From Octopus vulgaris (lineage: Eukaryota): a stretch of DNA of 64,000 nt. This document shows positions 1 through 12,850 of this stretch, piece by piece. Below the pieces are notes generated by a model. It was given only the letters and a program-made list of their open reading frames with translations. It had not been told where the DNA came from and ran no database searches. The position numbers and the translations under genes were made by a program. The stretch's first letter is position 1. Every line of letters begins with the position of its first letter. The stretch spans positions 90,334,001-90,398,000 of the forward strand of contig OX597817.1 of the NCBI GenBank assembly GCA_951406725.2, given 5' to 3'.

Positions 1-198
1 TGGTCTTAATATTTTATCTAATAAATTATCTAGTCAGTGTGTATTTGATGCTGGACCAGCAATGAAAAGGCAAAGTTTAAATTGTGAAAGTCTGGAATTT
101 CAACATGTTTCCTTTTATATTGTTTTGAATTTGTCTCATTTCATGAATTTTAGTGAATCCATAAAAATTACTAGTTTTCAAAGTTAATAAGATAACTG

Positions 199-367
199 GC
201 AACCTCACTAGTGCCAGTGACATGAGATAAAGAAAAAACACCCAGTACACACTATAAAGTGGTTGGCATTAGGTAGGGCATCTAGTTATAGGAACCATGT
301 TAAAGCAAACTGTCAAACCATTTGACCATGCCAGCATGGAAGATGAGTGTTCAATGATGATGATGAT
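199..367 (+). mobile_element. RTE-LINE-derived 3' tail repeat ending in (GAT)n
   Basis: Motif gtggttggcattagg.agggcatc...ccatgccagcatgga...(gat)n. Recurs at ~11480-11740, 35425-35590 and 63390-63540, where it follows RTE coding remnants in two cases. Confidence 0.7.
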
Positions 368-1410
368 CTTTCTGTTTGTCAGCCTTCCTCTAACTCACTC
401 ATACACTTTCATCAGTCACTTTCATCAAAATTAGTCATTAGCATATTTTATTGGACATTTTTCTTCAGCATTTTTCTCTTTGTATAGTTATTATGCAGAA
501 AACAATTTTATGTGTATTCTACTAACTCAAGACATCCTCATCATCATCATCATCATCAACACCACCATCATCACTACCACTGTCACTATAATTATCACCA
601 CCAAGATAATCTCCCCTACTGCTATTATCATCAGCATCGTCATATTCATGAGCACAATTATTACCATCATCATCAGCAATAGCAACAACACTGTGTAAGA
701 TGTAGCTGATAAAAGTCAAAGAAAGCCTAAGACAAGAGATCCTCACCTAATCACAAAGAAGCAGCCATTATGAAAAATACTACTTCTTTGAACAAAACAA
801 ATACTTTGTTTCCTACCAAAATTAGAAATTATCAAGTGCAGAATACTTTAGGGAATGGGTAGGGACAGTTGGTGGATTGCCTTGGGAAAGGATATTAAGA
901 AAAAGAGGTTTTCTACAATTAGAAATCTATTATAAACTATCTGATTTTAGCTGGCCATGATCAATAACCGGCTACAAAAACAATAGATGAAAGAAGTTAA
1001 GATCAAGCGTAGACTATGGAATAAGCAGAAAGAAACAATTGATCCTTTTGTTTGTAGCTGCTGAGACCTGGTTATGGCAGAATATGTCAGAAGATGCGAG
1101 AGAGTTGGGAGTTCAAAAATAACAGCAACGTGGGCAGGATAAGTATTCTAGAAATTTGCTGAGAATGATACATACACACACACATGCCCACATACACACA
1201 GGGTGAGAGAAAGAGAGAAATACAGACAGACAAAGGAGAGAAAGTGTGTGTGAATGGGAAAGAGATGGGTTGGATCAGGAAAATTGTGCTTACATCTTCC
1301 AAAAGTCATTATTACAAGAAATAATTGCAGAAATAAACTAACACCATCAATAAAATCACTTTGATGCATGTGTGCATGTGTGTGTGTGTATGTGTGTGTG
1401 TGTGTGTGTG

Positions 1411-1445
<35 letters not shown>

Positions 1446-2189
1446 GTGCAAAATGCCCTCCATCCAATGGACGGTTCTGAATCGTATCTGCTGAATAAAA
1501 AGCAATCAGTGTTTTCTTTTCATTAAAAAATAATTAAGCATGCCTTTATTTCAATAAAATTTTGGGTTTTGCTAAACGAAGTTAAGGCAAAAGAAAACTT
1601 CTTGAGAAACCAAATAGTCTTTCCTTCCTTCATGCCAAGTTTGAAGAAAATATCTCTTTTGCCTCTTACTTTTTGGTTTCTTAAATATACTGCATTTTGT
1701 GGCATTATCTCAAGCCAGCCGGCTTTTTTTGTGCAACCTGCATGTGCATTTTTCTCACGTACGAGATAACAATATGGATCTATGCGGTTTACTCCAAGAA
1801 AGGATTAGTTTAACATGCTTGATGTAAAAGGTCTTCTCTTTCTTTGTTTCTCATAATTTTTACTGTATGTTGGATTCACTTAAACTGTATTTTTGGTAAT
1901 ATCTATTCATTCTCTCCCAGGCCTTTCTCTACCTTCAGTTAATATCAGATTATTACTTATTACTATTATTATTAGAAATATCATATTACTGAAGATTTTG
2001 TACTATTTGTTTTATATGATCCAACTGTAAGATCTGCAATTTTCCCATTGCGAGCATTTGATTGACAATAGTCATACCATGAATTATATCTAACTTGCAA
2101 GGAGAAGCTACCAAAAGTCACAGTTCTAAAACCTATCATTTAAGTTTTTTGCAAACTAAAGATTGACTATGTTACATCTTTTATTGCAG

Positions 2190-2282
2190 CCTTCACTTCA
2201 CTGCTTTCATGGTTTTCAGACACAGAATTTAACTGTGTATATACACGGGAAAGAAATATGGACAAAGAAGTGATTGCAGAGG
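2190..2282 (+). CDS. candidate coding exon (93 nt, phase 1-1), unidentified
   Basis: Acceptor catcttttattgcag, donor G|GTAAGT, open frame FTSLLSWFSDTEFNCVYTRERNMDKEVIAE. No homology recognised. Confidence 0.3.
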
Positions 2283-3309
2283 GTAAGTGATCTGGGAGAG
2301 GAAAGATTAAAAGATGTGGTTAATCAGAATGACTTATTTAAAGTCTATAGCTGTTCCAATATGTACCAATGCTTCTTTAATTGGTTGGTAGTTTTTGATT
2401 TAAAGTAACCTCTTTTTGGCAAGCTAATTGAATTTGACATATGTAGGTTATTCAAGAATGTTTGCAGCTGAATAAATTTCCTGTATCATTTCTGAAATAC
2501 CTCATGTGAAGGACCTATTTTTAATGCCTGATGGGATGATAAGATTCCATATTATTTGGGGTTGAATATATCTGACATAATTTTCCACATATAAAATCAA
2601 TCTCTTAATGTAAATATTGATTTCTAATATAAACATAAAGCTGAAAATTTATTGGGAGAGAGAATAAACAACTATAATGATCCCCCAGCACTTTATTGAT
2701 GATACTAGGAGTATCATCTTCAAAAGAATGAAAGGTAGAGTCAGCCTCAGGATTTAAACTTAGTATTAAGAGCGACATATTTAAATATAGTAAAGCCTTT
2801 TGTTTTTCATTACCAATAGACTGACTCTACCAAGCTACCTATTCTGGTAACTTACTAATTTGTCTATCACTTTACCAATTCTGTTAATACACCAATTTGT
2901 CTGCCAATCTATCAATTCTATCAGTCCAACAATTTGCAATTTTATCAATTAGTCCTCTCTTAATCTAAATATTGTACTATCTCTGAAGGTTAGAGATTCA
3001 ATCTTCAGCTAAATCAGAGTTTTTTTTTTCTTAAAGAGGCATCATTGTTGTTAGTTAAAAGTGGCGAATTACTAACTCCATAGTTATGAGTTCAAATTTA
3101 CTGTTACAGCCATATGTTTTATGCCTCAGTCAAAGTATACAAGTTTGTTGGTTACAGTTTGCTTAACTGACAATAAAATATGTTCTACTCTCTATTTTAT
3201 GCATGAATGGTTAGTGGTAAGAAGCTATAAGAGCTAACTGATCCAACAAATAAACAATTTTTACATGCAAACAAAGAAAATTAAATGTAAATCTTTGGTA
3301 TATAAAATA

Positions 3310-3539
3310 TTAATTCTTTAGCAATTAGATTATTCTGTTGAATGTAATATTTATTTATTCACATTGATTTGTATTAATCATGCATTACCTTGTAGCTTCA
3401 AGATTTCATTCAACACGATTCTTTATTTTTAGAATAATATTATAGGGTAAGTGTGGGAGGCTGGATCTAGTCAGTTTTGAACATGAAATAGGTCAGATAT
3501 TTAGGCTGGATGTGGCCAGCTTAAACGCTAAAGGATTAA
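3310..3539. mobile_element. ~230-bp piggyBac-like MITE (TTAA ends), copy 1
   Basis: TTAAttctttagca...cgctaaaggaTTAA; internal sequence shared with 6844-7429, 8572-8788 and 39545-39773. Confidence 0.7.
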
Positions 3540-4435
3540 ATCTGGTGCCTTAATCCTGAATTTATGTGGTTAACAGCAGATTTAATCTTGCAACTGATTT
3601 AGTGCCTTCTCTTTGTATATTTTTTTTACAAGAATCTCATCCTTGAAGAATTGTGGTCCTTAAATGCTATTGCTTTATATCAGCTTTTCTATGGGTTGGA
3701 CTGGAGTTTTAAAGGCAGTGTTTAAAAGCCAGATACCCAGCTGATGTTAAACCTTTTAGTCACCTCTTATGATGTGCAGAGCAATCATGTACTGATTCTG
3801 AAAACCAAGCTCCTAAATGTTGTCTCACTATATTCTTAAAGAGCATTGACATTGTACTTTCATCATTATTTTGTTTATATTTACTTGAATGAAAGTAAGT
3901 AGTGTCCAAAAGATTTGCAGCCCTTCCCAGATATATGAGGCTGAAACAGTTGATGTTTATTTTGAATCCCTGACAATTGATGTTTGCTTGTAAAGTAAAA
4001 TATGGATAAGAAAAAGGAGAGTTCCAGTAGAAGATTTAATGTAAGGGTCACATGAGAGCATACATTATTATATACTTATAATGATATAAGAGGAGAGAGG
4101 AATCTATACTATAATGAAGAAATCTGCTTATTAATTAGGTATGCAACAATTACTAAAAGTACTGAAAGAAAACAATATTAAAAGCTTGACTTTCTGGAAA
4201 TACTTTTAGAAACTGCTTATAATTTCAGTTTCTGGAGTTTATTGAATTTTTTAAACTCCAAATTCTTGCAAATTTAGGTATTCATTGCATTCATTGCGGA
4301 GTAGCTTTTAATGTTTAATAATAAACACTATTAATTTGTTGCAGGCAACATTTTACATTTTTATTTGCAACAGTCATTCTCGCTCACCTCTATTTTCATT
4401 AATGATAATTTGATAATAGCCACATAACCTTGATA

Positions 4436-4720
4436 TGAGACACAATTTCAAGAATATTATCAGTTTCCGGAGTTTGTTAAATGAATATTTTTGATAAAAT
4501 GAAAATTTTTTAATATACTGTTATAATTTTTAAGTGATTTTGTGTTGAATGAATGTATGCTATTACATAAAATAGCTGTATAATTTTGATACGAGAACAA
4601 TTTCAAGAATATTATCAGTTTCCGGAGTTTGTTAAATGAATATTTTTGACAAAAGGAAGATTCTTTAATATATATGTATAATTTTTTTTCTTTTTAAATG
4701 AAGAAGTGATTTTGTTGTTA
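4436..4720. repeat. ~155-bp tandem duplication inside Helitron 5' region
   Basis: caatttcaagaatattatcagtttccggagtttgttaaatgaatatttttga occurs at ~4443 and ~4598. Confidence 0.85.
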
Positions 4721-5029
4721 TGGCTACTTGGAACGCTATAAACCTCACAATAATAACTATGTGATCGCTGCTATTTCTAGCATGCTAAACAAGATAGTTT
4801 TTAACGAGTTTTCATTTATATATAATATGTGAAAATTTTAGCAGCAAAAGCACAATCTCAGAGAGAGAGATAGGAAACTGAATCAGATGAAACCAGGGCA
4901 AAGCAACTGAAATAGATGCCTGAATATGAATGGAGATGTAGACATGATTCTGTTTCTGCTACACATGACCGACTGGTTAGGGTATCTCGAGAGGAGAATA
5001 TTCTACTTCAAAATAATTGTTGATGTAAC

Positions 5030-5901
5030 ACTAAAGAGAGCTTTTCCTTGTGATCATGTGGAAGTAGTGGAGTTGACAATGAATCTAAGACTTTTTACAG
5101 AAGGTCATTCTAATGAAAGAGAATTTGCTAATTACCTTCTTGATGGAGGAAATGGTAACATTTCTAGGTGAATTCAAAATCAAACTACCCAATGACTCTT
5201 GCCTTGTAAGTGGTACTCTTTTAGATCTATGTGATCTTGTATAAGCTGACCTCAAAAATAACTTTACAAACCCTGAGTGGCTTGCAAATAGAACCATCAT
5301 TACCCCAAAAGATGAAAAATCACAATTTGTGAATGATTTTCTGTTGACCAGGACTCCTGGTGAGCTAAAAATATACAGAAGCTCAGATACAGTTGATAAT
5401 GAAACTCTGTACCAAATCGAGTTCATCTACAAACTTATACTATCAGGGTTTCCACCATACATTCTCAAACTGAAGAAGAAACGATGCATAATGCTCCTGA
5501 GAAATTTAGATGCTACAAATGGACATTGCAATGATATACACTACATCATTGTCAGTTTACATGATCATGTTATTGAGGGTGAGGTTGTGTCTGGTCCTTA
5601 TGCAGGATCAACTCTACTAATCCCAAGAATACCACATGTATCTCAAGAAATGGAATTTCCATTCACATTTACATGCAAACAATTTCCTGTCAAGCCAGCT
5701 TTTGCCTTGATGTGCAACAAGGCACAGGAACAAACTTTTGAACAAATTGGAATATATCTTCTGACACAGTTCTTCTTATATGGTCAGCTGTATGTTGCCT
5801 TATCTAGAGTTTGAAAGAAGGCTAATGTAAAAATATTGGCTGAGAGAAATGGAAACAGTATGATTACTGACAATTGTGCCTACAAAGAGATACTACTTTA
5901 A
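5030..5901 (+). pseudogene. Helitron PIF1-family helicase C-terminal half, disrupted
   Basis: Motifs LTMNLR, FANYLLDGGNG, IMLLRNLD..NGHCN, LIPRI, QFPVKPAFALMCNKAQEQTF, GQLYVALSRV, YKEILL*; contains stops and a frameshift. Confidence 0.92.
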
Positions 5902-6843
5902 AGCAAAATATGCTTTTTTGCAAGTTTCAGTAAATAGAATTAACACATAAATTATATGTATAGCAACATATATTTGTGTGGAATTAAATTGTTTTGGCAT
6001 ATTTCAACACATGCCAAATGGATTATATTAGATCATTTTAAATTTGGGTATATTTGAAAAAGTAAGGAAACATCATCTCCATGTGTTCTCACAGCACCAG
6101 ACTTTTGTGTGTGTGAGTGTGTGAGTATCCCTCCCTCCTGCCATTCATCCATTCCTCCATCTATCCATCCACACTTATGTAATTTCTACCAATTATTAAT
6201 GATAAATATAAATAACAGATTGATTCTTTAAAAAAGAGAGATTATGACTGATAAAATAATGCAAGCAATATTTACTAAGCAAGTGAGCACTATTATACAA
6301 AGAAATAATTAGACGTGAAATATCATAAAAATTATAAGAATTGGGAATCAAATGTGGAAATATTATCGAGTGGCTAGCAGAAAACTGCCTGGAGGGCAGT
6401 CTTTCTACTTGTACATTTAATGGACACAGGCAGAGATTGTAAACAGCTTCATAACTTAGTATAGCATAAACTATTACAGTAGCTGTATGGAGATACTGAG
6501 AAAAGAAACGAATGACTCTACAGGTTAGTGTATGTAATGTGTTGGTGAATGAGATTCCAAGTCTAAATAATTGTAATATATTTTAATGTTTAGGTCTTGT
6601 GTTCTTCATATTCAGTGATGAAGGTACATGAAATAATTGAACTGTGGTGTGATTGCAGGACTTTAGACTGTCATGTCCAAATCTCAGATTTGTTTTTTTT
6701 CAGTCTGTGTTTTTAGCGAAAGTATAGCAGAAAGTGCCTAGATTGTGTTTGTGTATGCGTGTGTAACTGTGGATGACATCTGTCTGAAGGAGATTAAACT
6801 GTGAAGCACAGTGTTATCTGCAGGGAAGATGTTGAGAAGCTCA

Positions 6844-7429
6844 TTCACCCTTTAACATTTAAACCAGCCAAATCTGGCCTGTATTATATCTGTTATATGT
6901 CCAAATTGGCCAGATTATTCCTCTCACACCTATCCTACGATGTTATTCTAAAAAATAAGCAATCACATCAATGAAATCTCAAAGCCATAAGATAACGCAT
7001 GAAGAATTCAAAAGAATGTGAGTTAAGTAAGCAGTACATTTGACAGTGAAGGTGGATAGCTCAATGTTTAAAGCATTGGGCTCACAATCATGAGGTAGTG
7101 AGTTTGATTCCTGGACTGGGATGTGTGTTGGGTTCTTGAGCAAGACACTTTATTTCATGTTGCTCCAGTTCACTCAGCTATAGATATGAGTTGCAACATC
7201 ACTGGTACCAAGCTGTACCGGCCCATTTGGTTTCTCTTGAATAACATCAGTGGTGTGGAGAAGGGAGGCTGGTATGCATGGGTGCCTGCTGGTCTTCCAT
7301 AAAACAACCTTGCCTAAACTTGTGCTTTAGAGGGTAACTCTCTAGGTGCAGTCCCATGGTCATGCCTGACCAGAGTGTGGTCTTTACCTATTTACAGTTG
7401 ACAGAATAATCTGAAAGCTAAAGGGTTAA
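6844..7429. mobile_element. piggyBac-like MITE copy 2 (opposite orientation), interrupted by a SINE
   Basis: ttcaCCCTTTaacatt...gctAAAGGGTTAA; body is the reverse complement of copy 1. Confidence 0.75.
7047..7392 (+). mobile_element. tRNA-derived CORE-like SINE with 12-bp TSD
   Basis: A box ggatagctcaatg, B-box-like gagtttgattcc, core ttcttgagcaagacactt; TSD tacatttgacag (7035-7046) / tacagttgacag (7393-7404). Confidence 0.85.
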
Positions 7430-8571
7430 AATACAGAAGGATGAACATGGAAAACTTAATTAAATCCTTTGGCCCACCAAGATTGCTTATTTTTTTAGCT
7501 ATAGGGAACTAGTATCAGAAACCATGTGTTTATACTCCTCTATAGAGAATGTATATACAGACATATTAGGCAAATGCAAGTTAATCAAAGTGATTGTATA
7601 TTCTTGTGGATCCTGTATAAATAATTTGTGTAGAAGTATGAAAATAATCTTATGTTTATTAGCCAGCTCTAATTTATACATCAGTAAAAAGTTAGGAAAT
7701 CTTCAACTAACAAAGAAACCCCTCTACGGTCAATTAACCTGCTAGAAATAACAGCCAGATCTGCCCCAAGTCAAAAACTCACTGTCTTAAATAAAGATAC
7801 ATATATTGTTATAGATATTTATTGCTCTCTTTTTATAAATGTATTTTTATTGTTATTGTTGATTTTGTATCTTTTACACTATCTAATCCGCCCCCACGCA
7901 CACACACACACCCACCCCCACCCCCACTGCTTCACGCTTTTCTTTGTATTTCACCTTTGTATTGTTGCCAATGTCAGCAGCCATTATGGCAAGCAAAAAG
8001 AAATAGCAACAACAACATGTTGCTTAAAAGATTACTGTATGTTGTATGGTGTTGGTGTTTCGTAAAAACAAAAATTAGACATTCTTTTGCATGTTGAAGC
8101 AACCGATTCTTACAGCTGGATACCCATCGTTGGTAGCTATGGTTCACTGGATTCTTATTAATGGCAAAATATCAAAGCAACAAATACTCTATTGTTTTGC
8201 TAAAAAAAAATTATGCATTAGTCTCAGGAATGTGAAACCTCTTCAACATTACTACCACTACCCCTCCATCAGCCCACCCACCCACTATGATGACAAGGCT
8301 GATGCTGATGATGACGATCATCATCATCATCATGGTCATCCTATTTCTAATAGTTCCATGCAATTTTCTACTGCACTATGAAGTGCAATTCCATGTTCTT
8401 GATGAGTGTGTTGTATTGACTATTGAGGTTGTCGAACTGTGTGTGTATACAATATTTGTTTTGTTTGTAGAGTTTGGTTTGTTGTTTCCAGTGTTGTTTG
8501 AGTATTTCTCTTGTTGTGTAGTGTATGTGCATTGTGAGTTGTGTTCTTTCATTGCATGTTTTTTTTCCTGT

Positions 8572-8788
8572 TTAACTCTTTAACTTTCAGATTACTCTTT
8601 CAAATGTAAAGCTTATTTATTCACATTGTTTTAAATTAATCATGCATTATTTTGTAGCTTCGGGAGTTCAATAATGTGATTACTGCATTTTTAGAATGAC
8701 ATTGTAGGGTAGGTATGAAAGATCAGATCTGGCTGGTTTGAACATAAAACAGACAAAATATTTGGGGCTGGATATGGCTGGTTTTTAA
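8572..8788. mobile_element. piggyBac-like MITE copy 3 (one end eroded)
   Basis: TTAActctttaac start; body aligns with copy 1. Confidence 0.65.
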
Positions 8789-9321
8789 TATGTGCAGTGT
8801 CAGGTGTTTTAGGTGTCGGATGGTGAATATATAGAGGTTGTGATATATGGTTATGTCATAATAATGGGTATGTAAGACTGTGAAGAACATCAGTGTAGAA
8901 CATCAGTTGTATGTATGGTTACTGGTCTGTATGTGTGTGTATATATTGTTATAATAACATCTGGCATAATTTATATAAAAAATGTCCTGTGCAGGTTATG
9001 TTATTTTATTGGGTGGTGGCCGTGTAACATTGGTGTTCTGTTGTGTTTAGAAAGAGCATTGTTTAAGTAGTACTAATGAACTGAAAGTATTTTGTGTAGG
9101 ATGTGATCTGTGCAAGGAGAACTATTTTATGGACTAAATGCAAAGCTGTAAGCCCTGGTTTGGGTCTTATATTCTGTCCATGTTCTTCCTTTCCATAACC
9201 TACTGTTCCATTTATTATTAGTTCTGGTGTTCTTTTCATTAGTCTACACATCCTGCTTATTTCTAGAGGGTCAGTTAAAATTCTTTGGGATATTTGTTCC
9301 AGCTCTTTACATTCTGAGTGC

Positions 9322-9725
9322 ACCTTTGCCCTTCATCCCTCTGAGATCAATAAAATAAAGTGTCAAGTACTGGAGTTGATAATATTGACTAACCTCTGTC
9401 ATCAGAATTTTTGGATTTGCCCTAAATCAGAAATCATCATTATCACAATTATTAGTATTATTGTCATTATTATTATTATTTTTATTATTAAGGCAATGAG
9501 CAGGCACAATCGTTAGCATGCTGGGCAAAATGCTTAGCAGCATTTCATCCATCTTTACATTTTGAGTTCAAATTCTACTGATGTTGACTTCACCTTTCAT
9601 CTTTTCAGGGTCGATAAATTAAGTACCAGTCAAGTACTGGAGTTGATGTAATCGACTATCCTCCTCCCCACAAATTTCAGGCCTTGTGCCTATAGTAGAG
9701 AGGATTATTATTATTATTATTATTA

Positions 9726-9771
<46 letters not shown>

Positions 9772-10462
9772 CATTATTATTATTAAAAGTTAGTAGAATT
9801 GTTAGCATGATTGACAAAATGTTTCACAGCATTTCTTCTGACTTTATGTTCTGAGTATTAAATTCTGCTGAGGTCAACTTTACCATTCATCTTTTCAGAG
9901 CCAATAAGTAGCAGTTGAGCACTGGGGTCAATGTTATCAATTAGCCCCCACCCAACAAAATTCAGGCCATGAGCCTATAGTAGAAAGGATTATTATTTTT
10001 ACATGACACCACAAGTGTTTTTTATGTGGCACCAGCACCCACACCAATCCTTTTTATGTGGCACCTTGGTTTTAGGGTATCAATACTGTCATGGTGGGTG
10101 GATCCTTTTGAGTACAACAATGCCCCACATATCTTGGTCTTCTGTCATCTCCTTCATAAGGTTTAGTGTTTTGAGATCGGCCTTCAATTCTTTGTCCCAT
10201 GTCTTCCTGCGTCTCTCCCTTCCACAACTTCCTTCCACTTTAAGTGATCATCATTATTATCAAAAAAGGCAGTGAGCTGGCAGAATTATAAACATACTGG
10301 ACAGATGGTTAAGTGGCATTTCTTCTGGTCCTTTATGTTCTGAGTTCGAATAAACCTGAGGTTGCCTATGCTTTTCATCCTTTTGGGGTTGATGAAATAA
10401 GTACCACTAGAGCACTAGAGTTGATGTAATTGACTGACCCTTCAACTAAAATTGCTAGCCGT
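9322..10462 (+). mobile_element. cluster of four family-A SINE copies (Meta-domain-like core) separated by (ATT)n
   Basis: Head ggc.gtgagctggcagaat, B box gagttcaaatt, core cctttcatccttt.ggggtcgataaattaagtaccag. Copies at ~9322-9432, 9492-9703, 9788-9990 and 10268-10462. Confidence 0.85.
10003..10245 (-). mobile_element. RTE LINE 3' fragment
   Basis: Reverse complement encodes KVEGSCGRERRRKTWDKELKADLKTLNLMKEMTEDQDMW, a typical RTE C-terminus. Confidence 0.65.
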
Positions 10463-10589
10463 GTGCTGCCACCATCACTACCACTGCCACTGTCACTGCC
10501 ACCACCGCCACCACCACTACCACCAAAACTGTAGAACAAACTCCTTTGAAAGTTACCTGAACAAAGGCGACAGCTCATTGGTCATTGAC

Positions 10590-11360
10590 ACAGCGTTTGT
10601 AAAGCATATTTAGAAAGAGACTACCATCATTACATGGATGAATATTAATTAATACACAACAATAGAGGACATGCAAAAGCTTGAAAGACATGAAGCTTGT
10701 ATGCTTTGCTGGATGTGCAATGTCAGTGTGGATGTACAACAGAGCATAAATGCCTTGAGAGAAAAAATGGGCATTAAAGGCATCAGATGTGGTGTGCAAG
10801 AAGTGGGTATGGACAAGGATAGATGTGTAAAAAAGTGCTGATCTCTAACTGTGGAGGGAACCTGTGGAAGCAGTAGACTCAGAAAGGCATGGGATGAGGT
10901 GGTGAAGCATGATCTTTGAATGTTGGGCCTAAAAAAAGTGATGACAAGTGACTGAGTCCTTTGGTGATATGCTGTGCTTGAGAAGACTTGTCAAGTCAAC
11001 AACTGAAATTGTAGTTGTGGCCGTTGCTAGCGTCATGTAAATAGCACCTGTGAAATCATAGTTGTGGCTGTTGCTAGTGTCATGTTTCGTAGTTCAGTAT
11101 ATATACACCCTGCTTTATCTCTGAGACTGATCAAAATGTATGATGACAAAGGATTGATGTAATATTCATATATTTACACAATGTTATTTATAAGTGGTAA
11201 GAAACTCTCAAGTTTGATGTCATACATACACATTATATCATAATCTTAAATGCACATAATTATGTATGTATAGATATATACACTCAAAGATTGGTGTCAT
11301 ATTTTTACACATCGTTATATATATATATATATACTTTTTCAAACGTTACAAAATATATAC

Positions 11361-11406
<46 letters not shown>

Positions 11407-11740
11407 GTACATAGATGGTTATGTATAAAAATATACAATAGGCTATATATAAATATATGCACACAGTTTGGATTGCTGGGTCCTGTGCAGGTGACATATA
11501 AAAGCACCATTTGAGCATGACTGTTGCCAGTACTGCCTGACTGGCCCTTGTGCTGGTGGCATGTAAAAGCACACACTACACTCTCAGAGTGGTTGGCGTT
11601 AGGAAGGGCATCCAGCGGTAGAAACTCTGCCAGATCAGATTGGAGCCTGGTGCAGCCATCTGGCTCACCAGTCCCCAATCAAACCGTCCAACCCATGCCA
11701 GCATGGAAAGTGAACATTAAACAATGATGATGATGATGAT
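10590..11740 (+). mobile_element. RTE LINE 3' end plus 3' UTR, interrupted by a (TA)n-rich insert
   Basis: MLCWMCNVS...LREKMGIKGIRCGVQE...VEGTCG..R.RKAWDEVVKHDL; tail (GAT)n at ~11725-11740. Confidence 0.75.
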
Positions 11741-11745
11741 TTATA

Positions 11746-12430
11746 TATAAGGTGTGTTATGAGGATTTATACAACAAGAATCCTATAGAAACTCAACAAA
11801 CTGTTAAAGATGGAGAAGAGAAGATGTTAGAAATTTGTAAAGAATTTAATCCATGCATATGATCGTTTCAAACAGCAATATTAACATGTAAATAACATGG
11901 TAGAAAAATTAGTTGTGTATGTGTTTTAGTTCATACACAACTAGACTCAACGACACTATCTTAGCATGCTCTTAATCTTTCATAAGGATAATATGTATAT
12001 CCGAATATGTTATGTGTTAATCACTCCATCAAGTCTTCTGTAACAATAATAATATTATTTTTTTTATGTATCCTTCTTTTGCACTGAGGAGAAGAGTAAC
12101 ATGTAATTAATTTAATTTTAATTTAATTAATTTCTAATTTTTCTACCATGTTATTTACATGTTAATATTGCTGTTTGAAACAGGCGTATGCATGGATTAA
12201 ATTCTTTACAAATTTCTAACATCTTCTCTTCTCCATCTTTAACAGTTTGTTGAGTTTCTATAGGATACTTATTCTACGAATCCTCATAACACACCTTATA
12301 CTTGTAGCATTTTCGTATTCGCAAAATTCTTATAACAGTAAGCTATCAATGCAATATGAATAATCTTTATTAGAAATAGTCCTTTGGAACCCTCCAAAGT
12401 AAAGGATAAAATAGAACACAACCTTTTCTC
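11746..12430 (+). mobile_element. Penelope-like element terminal remnant with inverted partial repeat
   Basis: Arms ~11746-11912 and ~12134-12299 are near-perfect reverse complements. Contains a hammerhead fold and is bounded by (TA)n and (CA)n. Confidence 0.65.
12080..12192 (+). ncRNA. type I hammerhead ribozyme-like fold with expanded stem II
   Basis: Stem I TGCA(12080-83)/TGCA(12189-92); CTGAGGA 12084-90; GAAA 12177-80; stem III AC-aggc-GT; GTA triplet 12186-88. Confidence 0.65.
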
Positions 12431-12443
12431 ACTCACTCACACA

Positions 12444-12477
<34 letters not shown>

Positions 12478-12850
12478 GTATCTCACCGAAGTATGTACAT
12501 CCCTAAAAAATTTCCGTAAAATTACCATTACTCTGATAATATCGTAAAAAATCAAACAAAATTTATACTGAATAAAATATATTATACATGCAAACATTAT
12601 ACAAATTTGGAATTTCAAATATATGAATGAGATATTAGTTTTAAAACATTACCAAAATATGTAGCCCCTAATGGAAATTTGCTATATTCAATATTTTATC
12701 CACTTTTTTTTTTACTAAATTCAGATATTGCTGATAATTTCAATTCTAATAAATTATTTCTCCTGGTCTTTTTGCACAGGTCATTACTATTGCATCTGCA
12801 GGAATTCTGATTTGTATACCGTAGTGAAAATCTTCTTCATTATGATTAAA

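Larger units (their letters stand above)
4103..6411 (+). mobile_element. Helitron, internally deleted non-autonomous copy
   Basis: 5' A|TCTATACTATAAT; subterminal hairpin actgcc-tggag-ggcagt (6384-6400); 3' CTTG|T (decayed CTRR); contains PIF1 helicase remnant. Confidence 0.75.

Noticed and set aside
480-746. ORFs rich in I/T/D/M (also 23542-24025, 33875-34184, 44458-45029)
   Set aside because: Translations of (CAT)n/(GAT)n/(AAT)n microsatellites.
1523-1830. Coding-like minus-strand stretch (VNRIDPYCYLVREKNAHAGCTKKAGWLEIMPQ...)
   Set aside because: In-frame stop upstream, no convincing splice sites and no recognisable motif.
8114-8199. Minus-strand segment with good branch, acceptor and GTAAGA donor
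   Set aside because: Stops in all three frames from the strong acceptor.
11124-11212. Hammerhead-like gagaCTGATCA...GAAACtctc
   Set aside because: Core mismatch (CUGAUCA) and no stem III or cleavage triplet.
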